Under the pieces are notes generated by a model. The model saw only the letters and a program-made list of their open reading frames with translations, made no database searches and was not told where the DNA came from. A stretch of DNA of 63,979 nucleotides, the filler included, from Octopus bimaculoides (Eukaryota): NCBI RefSeq assembly GCF_001194135.2. It is 9 parts of 8 records of this genome, joined end to end, with 100 filler letters (N's around TTAATTAATTAA, not from the genome) between each part and the next. Parts side by side here need not be neighbours in the genome. Positions count along the whole stretch, not along the records: positions 41,242 to 58,640 come from NC_069005.1; positions 58,741 to 61,428 come from NC_068983.1; positions 61,529 to 62,650 come from NC_069001.1; positions 62,751 to 63,979 come from NW_026355381.1; 5 more parts are not named here. One strand, given 5' to 3'. A program made the translations under genes and the position numbers. Positions 53,241 to 63,979 of the stretch are shown here, one piece after another (the first letter of the stretch is position 1; each line of letters opens with the position of its first letter).

Positions 53241-53382
53241 TGTGTAAGTAAATATTACAAGTCGTTTATAGTTTTAAAGTATTTATCTTTGTTGTCTCAT
53301 AATTATTGGTAGACTACTAATTATCTCGACAACATATCTCTATGTCTAAAAAATAAAATATGAACAAATTTGTTTTATATCA

Positions 53383-53520
53383 CAGGTGTTAGGAAGGGCA
53401 TCCAACCATAGGAACCATACCATGACTGACAATTGGAATCTGAACAACTCCCCAGCAGGCCAATTCCTGTCAAACCGTCCAACCCATGCCAGCATGGAAA
53501 ACGACGGTGATGATGATGAT
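53383..53520 (+). mobile_element. RTE 3' tail fragment
   Basis: gttaggaagggcatcc...gtccaacccatgccagcatggaaaac...(gat)n. Confidence 0.7.
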
Positions 53521-53601
53521 AAAGATAAAACAGACCCATAACCAAAGTTGTTAGTGATGTGCTATTTTAATAACTTCATAAAACAACATAATTAAAACTA
53601 C

Positions 53602-53631
53602 CAGATCAGAATGATCCCTCAAACTATTTCT
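53602..53631 (-). CDS. Candidate 30-nt micro-exon of the LRRC71-like gene (RNSLRDHSDL)
   Basis: Strong pyrimidine-rich acceptor (ccctttgtttgcctttatggctttcag), CTG|gtagtt donor; only phase 0 is open, which is compatible with the 48268 exon. No homology support. Confidence 0.4.
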
Positions 53632-53920
53632 CTGAAAGCCATAAAGGCAAACAAAGGGATCAATTAATTAGATAGTGCCTTAAGGTGGCAGGCTGGCAAA
53701 AAAGTGCTCAACAGCATTTCTTCTGACTTTACATTAATATATCATTAGAATAAATTGTCTTTCACACTAGAAATTTTGTCAGTTTGGTGCTAGACCAACA
53801 TCTGACGCTTTCTGGAAATTATTGTCATGTGGTCAGATATCATCTTTGAGCAACAGATGACAATTATGCAGCTATAGGAAGGAAATAAAATGTTGATAAT
53901 TTAGGGGAACAAAATTTCAA

Positions 53921-54290
53921 AGAGGCAATATTTATCCCCAGTTAAACATGTTTTTTTTTTGAACAAACTATACTCCAGTAGATACCATGTGAGAAACTTT
54001 CCTATTGGCTTTTGGTGCAAAATGCATTCCTGTTTATATCACTAGCAGGGAGATATATCCCTGCCACCTCCAGTGCTGAGACCATCAGATCTTGTGGTTT
54101 TGATGTTGTCAATGATGGACGCTCAACTGCTAGAGATAGCAGCAACTCATCTCCCCACTGGTGATAAGTAGAAAAACAGTGCCAGAACAGGCACCAAAAG
54201 CCAATATAAGAGCTTCTCTCATGACAACTATCACAGTATAGTTTGTTCTAACAGAACATCCACATTCAAGAGGGGATAAATATTACCTCT
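53921..54290. mobile_element. MITE-like element with nested inverted repeats
   Basis: Outer 19-bp IR 53921-53939/54272-54290, inner ~33-bp IR 53986-54018/54191-54223, small hairpin at 54045-54064. Confidence 0.6.
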
Positions 54291-54641
54291 CGGTCGCTAA
54301 AATATACTTTTCAATGAAATTTCAAAATTTAGACTACCTCCATTTCTGTAGAAGTTTTGGTTATTGATACTTGTGCTGTTGGAGCTGCAAATATATAGTT
54401 TTTTTGTCACATTACAATAGTAAAGTCATTGTTTTATATCAACACTACTTAGAATATGGTACACAGTTTTATTGATAAATATCTATTGAAGGGTCATACT
54501 TGCCTAATGGCTTACCTCTCTTTCAGATAGTGACCTCTCTTTCAGATAGTGGCCTCTCTTTCATAAAGTATTCACACTAGTACACACACATATGCATGCA
54601 CACACGCACTCACACACACAGACAGGTTGATCGGCAGACTT

Positions 54642-54872
54642 GGCAATGAGATGGCAGAAACGTTAGCACGCCGGGCGAAATGCTTAACGGTATTTCGTCT
54701 GCCGTTACGCTCTGAGTTCAAATTCCGCCGAGGTCAACTTTGCCTTTCATCCTTTCAGGGTCGATAAATTAAGTTCCAGTTATGCATTGCTGTCGATGTA
54801 ATCGACTTAATCCCTTTGCCTGTCCTTGTTTGTCTCCTCTATGTTTAGCCCCTTGTGGGCAATAAAGAAATA
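54642..54872 (+). mobile_element. SINE family A monomer
   Basis: Nearly identical to 18938-19170. Confidence 0.9.
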
Positions 54873-55241
54873 TATAAACTTGTCTGAGTGTCAAAATATG
54901 TTGCGATATTCAAGCCAGCTCTCTGCACTCTGAGTTCAACTCCTACCAAAGTCCGCTTTGCCCCTCATTTTTTAGAGTTGATAAGCAAAGTACCAGCTCA
55001 GTGCTGGTATGGCCTACTCATTCTCCAGTTGTTATATCTTAGATGTTCTGCTGGATCATGAGTTGAGGAGTCAAGAGTGTCAGCATTTGCTTGAGCCCAC
55101 ACAGGCATCTAAAACAATTAATGAAAGTATGGTACAGGTCACCAAGTTATCTTCAATTCTGGGTGACATGTAGTTTTAATTTGTACATACATATACACAC
55201 ACAAAATTTGTCAGTGTGTCTCTGTCTCACTTTCTTTCTCC

Positions 55242-55317
<76 letters not shown>

Positions 55318-55572
55318 TAGCAAACGCCCCTCGTCCATTGGACGGTTTGTATAGGTTGGATGGTGTTAAGTTGTGGAGATGTCTGGTGATTGTCTATATA
55401 AACATTTGATCCCTATAAAGAAATCATCTGTGTGGTTGTTCGGTAAGAAACTGTCAAACCCTCATACGTCATCTAACAACAAGATGAGTGAACTTTTGCA
55501 ATACTGGAAGTAATGTTATCTAGGCATAAGTATCTTACCTTAATATTGTACACATTAAAAAAAATTACTTAC

Positions 55573-55605
55573 ATCTCGTGCTTTTTCCAGAATGTTCTTT
55601 TGATA
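55573..55605 (-). CDS. Candidate 33-nt micro-exon of the LRRC71-like gene (phase 0: YQKNILEKARD)
   Basis: Long pyrimidine tract plus tttcatcag acceptor and a canonical |gtaagt donor; all three frames are open, so the frame is uncertain. Confidence 0.55.
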
Positions 55606-56399
55606 CTGATGAAAATAATATGGAAAGAAAAACAAAACAAAGTTGAAAGTATTAGAACAGAATAGTGTCACAAGTGAATAGGCATGGCTCAGTGGTTAAG
55701 TAGTTTGCTTTGCAACCATGTGATCTTAGGTTCAGTCTAACTGCATGGCACCTAGGTTATAGTAGAAATGTTCTAACTGGAGAAATCAATGGGATCTCTG
55801 TCATATACGATTGATTATCTATCACTTCTACATCAGCCTGTTATATCTATAACAATTGGCAGAATCATCAGAGCACTGGACAAAATAACTTGAAAAATTT
55901 ATTCTGGTTCCCAACATTCAAATTTCTGATTTCAAATCCTTCCAAAATCAGCTGTGTCTTTTATGTTTCAGGGATCAATAAGATAAAATATCAGTCTAGA
56001 GTGGTGGACTGGCAAAATCATTAAGCCTTGGATAGGATGCCTTGTGATTTGTATTTAGAGTTTAAATCCTACTCTGACCTACTTGGATGATAGACCTACT
56101 CTGTCACCTGGTTTAACACCAACCACTTGCCCTTGGGTACTTTTAGTGAACTCCACTCTCCAGAAAACATCAAAGCCCAGTCTCTACAGATATCTTCTTC
56201 CCTCACACTCTCACACTAGCTTTGGAGACTCTAAAAAAGTCACGGCAATGGTCTTTCTCCTTACTAACTGATAGAAAACAAAACAAGACATCTATTCTTT
56301 AATACTAACTTTATGTAAGACATCTAGGTGGGAGTGAATTGAAAGTCATTAGAACATTAGATAGAATGCCCCAAGGTATTTATTGCAACTCTGCAATCT

Positions 56400-56800
56400 A
56401 TAGGTGCAGCAGTGGCTGTATGGTAAGAAGCTTCCTTCCCAACCACATGGTTCCGGGTTCAGTTCTACTGTGGCACCTTGGGTAAGTGTCTTCTACTATA
56501 GCCTTGGGCTGACCAAAGCCTTGGGAGTAGATTTGGGAAACGGAAACCGAAAGAAGCTTGTCATATATATATGTGTGTGTATATGTGTGCTTGTGTATCT
56601 GTTTGTCCCTCCACCATCGCGTGACAACTAATGTTGGTGTGTTTACATCCCTGTAACTTAGTAGCTCATCAAAAGAGACCTACAGAATGAATACTAGGGT
56701 TACGAAAAATAAATCCTGGGGTCAATTTGTTTGACTAAAGGCGGTGCTCCAGCATGACCACAGTCAAATGACTGAAACAAATAAAAGAGAAAAAGAGTAG
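56400..56800 (+). mobile_element. SINE family B full-length copy
   Basis: Same two-module structure as the 30387 copy. Confidence 0.85.
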
Positions 56801-57300
56801 GTTCATCTCCAATTGGGAACCAACATAGCCTTCATCCTTTGGGGATTGATAAAAAAAAACAAAAAAACTATCAGTCCTGGTTGGTGGATTGATGAAATTG
56901 TTTAGTGTTTCGATCAGGATGCTGTGTAGTTTCTGTTTCAGTTATTTCTTAATTCTCCTCACCAAAAGATTGTAAATCCCTAACTGCCACACCAAACCCC
57001 ATTTCATATACACCAGTGCATGTCAGAGAGTACACTGGTACATGCAGGAATGGTATATCTGGGAAACCTATATGCCATACAACTGCTGGTTCAAGAATGG
57101 CCTGGGGTTAAACAACAAGAACAACAACAAGATCAATAATAACAAAAACAACAATCTTAAAAATAAAGTGAATTAGATTTAATAGAGCAAGAGCAGGCAT
57201 AAGAAGTCCATTTTACAACCACCTTGCCCTGGGTTTGCCCTCACATGAGCAAGTGTCTTTGACTGTAGCCTTGACAATACTTTGTGAGAAGAATTTGGTA

Positions 57301-57508
57301 GAAGGAAACCATGTGGGAAATTACCTTATTTTGTAAAAGGCATCTGTGCTGGTGACAGGTAAAAGGCACCTGTGCCAGGGACATGTAGAAGGTATCTGTG
57401 CTAGTGACATGTAAAAGACACTCATGCCAGTGATACATAAAAGGCACTTATGTTGGTGACATGTAAAAGAAGGAAACCATGTGGAAAAGTGCCTTATTTT
57501 GTAAAAGG
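57301..57508 (+). repeat. 26-bp tandem array (~5 units) between two ~40-bp direct repeats
   Basis: ggcacctgtgccagtgacatgtaaaa-like units; gaaggaaaccatgtgg...ccttattttgtaaaagg at 57301 and 57469. Confidence 0.65.
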
Positions 57509-58053
57509 TGAAGAGAAGGAAAGAAAAGAAGAGAAAAGAAAGAATAGAGGAGGGGAGGCATTTGATTGAAGAAGGGAGGCATTTGATAGAAGAAGGGGGA
57601 CAGGATGGCTGGAATTGAAGAAAGGACACCTTAGTCCTTCCCATCCAAGGCATTGTCTTCCCCTTTCCACTTTATCTCTTCTCCATTTCTTTTCCTTCCC
57701 CCCTGCTACCTGTACCATTTTTTCAGTGTTCTTCTTTGTTATAACCAGAAATGGCTCAACGAAAGTAGCATTAAGTTTTTAGGTCGTTCAATTTTTCTCA
57801 ACTGATCAATAGACCAATTGAGTAAACCTATCAGTAATGTACCTATAATGACTACTGGAAACAGCCGCATGGCAAATTTATTCCAATAAAGGGAAAACAT
57901 GTAGTAATCATTTATATATTCATTTTGCAAGATTCTTGATGTGAAATCGTGTGTTGAAACAGATATTGTTGTATTTTAGCCAATAAAAACACATGCACTA
58001 TATATTTGGTGTTAATTTGCTTCAGCTTTATTTTTACATTAATCGTATTTCGG

Positions 58054-58093
58054 CCAGAGTTCTTTCATCATACTTCTGTGACCTCATCAGTGG
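58054..58093 (-). ncRNA. Degenerate minimal hammerhead motif
   Basis: cca-CTGATGA-g-gtca-cagaagta-tgat-GAA-AGaaCT-C-tgg: intact core, 3-bp stem I, 4-bp stem II, near-palindromic stem III, CUC site. Confidence 0.45.
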
Positions 58094-58369
58094 TTCTTTG
58101 CTTTCTTCTTTCTTATTTGTGTGTCTTTCCTTGCTAACGATCAGCCATTTTGACAAAATACAACAATATGTAGTAATCATTATTTATACATTGTCTTGTA
58201 TATCACTGTGTGTAAAAATCACAGATTTACAATATAGAATTGTGATGAACTATAACCTTGGACCCTGCCAAGTTCTTTACTAATCTAAACAATATTGTTC
58301 GCCTGGTGTGCTAACAGAGAGTTTACAAAGTATTTTGCTTGGATTGATAATCCCTCACAAATGACTCTG

Positions 58370-58384
<15 letters not shown>

Positions 58385-58407
<23 letters not shown>

Positions 58408-58640
58408 CGTGGAAGACAATTGGAGATTTCTGCGGGACAACCTGTTGAAAGCCACCGACCAGATTTGTGGGTGGTGTAAGGTCCCCTCCCGACCCAGAGT
58501 AACGTGGTGGTGGAACAAGGAGGTAGACAGGGCTATTAGACAAAAGAAACAGGACTGGAAGAACGGTGGTAGCAGGGAATTGTACCAATGTGCCAGAAGG
58601 GAGGCTAGGCGACAGGTTTATTTAGCCAGAGGGGAAGCAG
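58385..58640 (+). mobile_element. RTE-clade LINE endonuclease-RT linker fragment
   Basis: VEDNWRFLRDNLLKATDQICGWCK...TWWWNKEVDRAIRQKK...ARREARRQVYLAR. Confidence 0.85.
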
Positions 58641-60862
58641 NNNNNNNNNNNNNNNNNNNNNNNNNNNNNNNNNNNNNNNNNNNNTTAATTAATTAANNNN
58701 NNNNNNNNNNNNNNNNNNNNNNNNNNNNNNNNNNNNNNNNTGCATTTTTGTGTTTGCTGCCGATTAGGTAAACCGTAAATACGCGGTATATTTTGAAAAA
58801 TTAGACACAAAAACACGAACCATGCGGCGTACTGATTCGTGCTTCATATGTTGTCTGGTCAATTCTGCTGACGAAAGTCTGACCTTGTAAGATATAATCT
58901 TTATCTTACTAAAATTGACTTGAAACCATGGTACAGAATATAGATTGGTAAAAGTTTTTATTTTTCATTTCCTTTCGAAATTATCCCTAACTTTTGTGGT
59001 ATGTAGTATTTTTGCTGCTATTTCTAGCGAGTAGATGTCCTATTATAGGCGTCTCTGCATTTCTATATATATATATATGTATATAATAAGTTCCATGTAC
59101 ATCTCAATCATAACAAAACAGATATGAAAACTTTCTTTGAATATCTATTTTCGGTTTGTCGGTTCGCCTTGTATTTCACACGTATATCAGCATAAATAAA
59201 CGTTGTATTTCCCATGGATATCGGCATAAATGAAGTTTAAGTGTAACACTGCTAGAATATTTCAAATCGCAAATATCGGTATTTTGACAAATACCAAAAG
59301 TATATGGGGAATATTGTTGGCAGCATAATTATTACATGCATAGATTAATGTATTTCTGTCTAACTGCTGACGAACGTTGTGAAACATGAATAATTTTCGA
59401 AATATCAGACGATAATTCCTCTCTCTTAGACTTAAAACTCCAGCAAATAGCTTCATTTAACTAATCATGTTTAGCCGATTCCAACAAGGTCAAGCGTAGA
59501 TATTTCAACCCATAAAAGAATGGATTGGTAAACAAAATATTAAATACGCGGATAGTACAAGGAAATCTGACCATGTTAATTGTACAGGCATTCGAGATTT
59601 ATACGTGTATATTTCGAAATCAAACTTCATTATACCAATCCTGTAGCAGATTATGATCTCATCGAGATTTATTAAATAAGATATAGTTTCAAAATTCGAT
59701 AGTCTTTATATAATTCAGAAATAGTTTTGCAGTCCCAACAGCCCAAAAGACAAAACTTCCAAAATGTGATGTTCATAAAAAGAAATAGTTATCACCAAGA
59801 AGCCATATAATTTTGAAATGAAGTTTCGCGATTTAAAGATCACGTTGTTCATGAACAGAAACCGAATGATAATTTACCTATATGTATACGCTCGCGCACG
59901 CGCGCTTAAAGACACGCACGCATATTTATGCAAATAGATCCACGCATCTATATATGTATATTTACATGTACAGATACATAAACATATATATCCATATATT
60001 ATATCGTTTTATTACAACTGTGACTTAATTCAGAAGATAAACACTCAACATGTGTTGAATACTTCTGTCTCAACCAACATCAGCTGACATGCGAATACAC
60101 GCACGAACACGCATGCATAAGCACAGGTACATCCAGACTCACACAAATGCAGATGCATATATATATATTTTTCATGTACTCAGGTCCGCCGGATATTTTC
60201 GTAAATTTCAAAGAATTTCTCTCTGTGAGATTTAGCGAAAATTAATAATAGAATGTATTTTTGTAAATATTCACGGACTATTTGAATAATACTATAGCAG
60301 GAGGTATTCTAAAAAAAAAAAAAAATTACAAAAATACAGACAAAATAATACTAATCATATACGAATCAATAAAATGAAGGGAAGAATTATATTCTCTTTC
60401 ACAAGTTAATTCTTCTATCTCACTACATACTCAGAGAATATCCTAATGCGTTTCCGGTTCAATGCACAAATATCCTGATTCAAAATATTTCTGTAGTAAT
60501 GGATGGTACGTCCAATCTCTCGATACATTCATCACATTATATAAAACATCATCATGTTCATAGCCAATGCTTGTAGCATTAATATCGTTATTAGGTACAT
60601 TATTTCTCTTCAATCCAATAAAGTGTTTTTTTTTTATAATGCACATTATAATTATTATTTTTGTTGTTAATAGACATTTTTTATTGTCGTATTTTTTATT
60701 TATATTAATACTAATGATATTATTCTAGACAGTATCCTTTTGTTACAATATTAGAAGTGCTATTGTTATTCGTATTGTACTTATTTTTATGATTATTGTC
60801 CTTGTTATAAGCAGCAGCTGCAGTAATAGAGGCAGCAGCAGCAGCAGCAGTAGTAGTAGTCT

Positions 60863-60905
<43 letters not shown>

Positions 60906-61397
60906 TCTACAAATTCTAACGCTATTACTTTTATTAGTATTCTACGCATGTTTTGACTACTGTGGTTGTCGAAATTTTGAAATAGATTCTGCAAAAGCAC
61001 TTTAACGGGAATATCTAATCACTGCAACCTGCTCACCAGAAATAGTAAAAGTACTTACTACGGCTAGAGTAAAACACAGAAAAGCACTTCACTGTTATAA
61101 GAGATCAAAGAATGTAGGGAGTAACAATAAACGAAAATACTTAATGTTCCACTCTCTGAGAGCGGCGTTCAAGAAAAATGTTGATGGTGATGCACTTTTT
61201 CGTATACGTACATACGTACAATGTATGTAACCTTATATGCTTATACACATTGTACAATACAAGCATACGCATGTACATACACACTGATACATAAGCACAT
61301 TCACATTCATTTCTGTCAATATACATACATAGAAATATATAGACAGGTTCAGAGATTGTTACAAGTAAAATATATGTGTATTATCAATTTATGTGTG

Positions 61398-61428
<31 letters not shown>

Positions 61429-61528
61429 NNNNNNNNNNNNNNNNNNNNNNNNNNNNNNNNNNNNNNNNNNNNTTAATTAATTAANNNNNNNNNNNNNNNN
61501 NNNNNNNNNNNNNNNNNNNNNNNNNNNN

Positions 61529-61624
<96 letters not shown>

Positions 61625-61635
61625 TAATAATAATG

Positions 61636-61680
<45 letters not shown>

Positions 61681-61829
61681 GAAGAATAATCGGCGCATTA
61701 AAACAGCGTCTAAATCTCCAGCTCGCAGAAGACCCAAAGAATGGTACCCCACACCGCATCTGAACACGAAGGAAAGAAAATACCAACAATAACAAGAAGA
61801 AGAAGAAGAAGAAGAACAACAACAACAAC

Positions 61830-61891
<62 letters not shown>

Positions 61892-62380
61892 TGACAGTGA
61901 CAACAAAGAGAAACAATAAACAACTGCGTCACGAAGAAACAACGAAGAGACAAAAGTAACAACAACAACCACAACAACAGCAGAGACAACACTAACGATA
62001 AGAAAACCATCTGCAATGTGAAGGTTACGTTTTAGTTGATGTGAGATGTTGGCCAGAGTTTATGGGAGAAAGGGGGTGCAATAGGGGGTAATTAAGGATG
62101 AGCATGTCTGATAGTGTTTGCGTGTGTACGGGTGTACGGGTGTGTGTGTGTCTGCCTGTTTCTCTCTCTCTCTCTCTCTCTCTCTTGTTTCTCTCTCCCT
62201 CCCTTCTCTGTCTCCTTGTTACTCTCTTCCTTCTCTCTCTTTCTCTTTCTCTTTCATACCTTTCTATCTCTCTCCTTCAAAGCCTTTTCTCTTTCACTCT
62301 CACTCCCTTTTTATATAACCTTCTTCCTCTCTCCTTCATACCTCTCTCCCTTACTCTGTCTGTCTGTCTCTGTCTCTATC

Positions 62381-62442
<62 letters not shown>

Positions 62443-62459
62443 TCCCTCTTTGCCTCATA

Positions 62460-63510
62460 TACATACTGTGCTTTTTACTCTCTTGCCGAAGGCATCGCCC
62501 TTATGGGAGACTACCACCACCATCAAGACCACCGTCACCATCATAACTTTCACTACCACCACTACCACCACTACTACCACCACCATCACCACCAGCACCA
62601 TCTCCACCATCACCATCATCACCACCACTACTAACATCATGAGCATCATCNNNNNNNNNNNNNNNNNNNNNNNNNNNNNNNNNNNNNNNNNNNNTTAATT
62701 AATTAANNNNNNNNNNNNNNNNNNNNNNNNNNNNNNNNNNNNNNNNNNNNTATATATATATATATATATGCTTATCATACACGATTGTATATATATATTT
62801 GCTAACAACTGCATAGGTGTATTTTGACCTACATAAATACCTACGTGCATCATCGCATATTGTTTGAACGATGCAAAATTTTACTTCTCTGCCCTACTCC
62901 TCCTCCTCACATATGCTGCCGCTGCTGCTTCACCTCCTCTCTTACCCCACCCCCTACCACCACCACCACAACAACAACAAGAACGACTAAAACGATAATT
63001 ACTGAGGTATGCTCCAGACTCGAGACTAATATTATGTTGTTTCCTCGCTATAAACTTAATAACGCTGCTTATCTTTCTCCTCGATATTATCAACATCGCT
63101 GTCGTCGTCGTCGTCGTCGACATCGACATCTTTGTCATTGTCATTGTCATCGCGATAATCTTGCTTGTCGTCGTCAGCATTATCATCATCACTGTCATCA
63201 TCCACGTCGTTGTCGTCCTCCTCGTTATCAGCATCATTATCATCACCATCATCCTTGTTATCATTCATCATCACCATCTTCCTCTCCCACCTCTTCCTCC
63301 TCCTTTTCATGATAATCATCATCATCATCACCACCATCATTACTACCACCACCACCAACAACAACAATGCTAACGACTTCACCACCACCACCACCCTTTT
63401 CATCACCTTTCTCCTCCTCCTCTTTCTCCCCCTTATCGTTATCACCATCATCGCCGACGTGATTGGCGATGCCATCGTCCTCTTCCTCGTCGCCGCCGTC
63501 ATCGTCGTCA
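62460..63510. repeat. Trinucleotide low-complexity region (CAC/CAT/GTC/CCT)
   Basis: Mixed triplet runs that generate spurious homopolymeric ORFs in several frames. Confidence 0.85.
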
Positions 63511-63979
63511 AATTAAATAACAACAACAAACAGAAACATCAAACGCAGCCTCGTTATTTTCACAGTGCTTCTTCTAATTCAATTTTACATATCCAAGCGA
63601 AATTAATTTCTTAAAACTTTTCAAAATTACATAAAATCAAAACAATAATAATATTGGCAATATTAAAAATAATTATGACAATAATACAATGAAAGCGAAA
63701 GTGAAAGCGAAAGTGAAAGTAAGCTTCATGTCATGCTCTCCTTCTAACAGTACATAACTATTTTCTTAACGATCCTCCATAACTCTGTTATATGTCACGA
63801 TACTATCGAAGAGTTTAGCTGTTCATTGTCTCTGCTTTTGAGAACATCTGCCTGGCATTTACGTTTCTCCTGCTACAGCATACCTGTCTAATGTTTCGTG
63901 TATACTTCATTGGCTTTGTACTTATAGATATTACAACGTGGCATACACACACACACATGTGTACATTATATATATATAT

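Noticed and set aside
57745-57855. Minus ORF IGTLLIGLL...KNLMLLSLSH as an LRR exon
   Set aside because: Only a vague LRR resemblance, weak donor, and phases I could not reconcile with the other exons.
58866-58905. CTGACGA-aag...ctt-GTAA-gat...atct hammerhead-like string
   Set aside because: The core has GUAA instead of GAAA and stem I is at most 2 bp; probably chance.
59366-59392. CTGACGA...GAAACATG hammerhead-like string
   Set aside because: 2-bp stem II, broken stem III palindrome and no stem I.
60443-60646. 67-aa minus ORF as an upstream LRRC71 exon
   Set aside because: No convincing LRR pattern and splice phases that do not fit.
61680-61790. Second R4/Dong fragment within (AAT)n
   Set aside because: Only IIGAL matches; the remainder does not fit the motif.

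Overview
AT-rich, repeat-dominated eukaryotic scaffold with many N-gaps. The SINE families, microsatellite load and TTAATTAATTAA gap linkers suggest an octopus assembly (inference). The only host gene recognised is the 3' part of an LRRC71-like gene on the minus strand: three solid exons at 48268-48154, 46634-46516 and 42679-42575, plus candidate micro-exons upstream. The rest is transposon debris: two abundant tRNA-derived SINE families (Nin/Deu-domain-like and CORE-like), RTE, R4/Dong and CRE non-LTR fragments, Tigger, hAT, MULE and mariner remnants, and several Penelope-like element (PLE) fragments. The most notable unannotated signal is a set of short fold-back elements carrying minimal type I hammerhead ribozyme motifs with (near-)palindromic stem III, from four unrelated sequence families (at ~0.1, 27.8-28.1, 44.9 and 58.1 kb). 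One family has a G3-C8-swapped core. Another has a tRNA-like Pol III head sitting just downstream of a PLE endonuclease ORF. All protein and family calls come from motif recognition by eye, not database searches. Most ORFs in the supplied track are microsatellite or gap artefacts.
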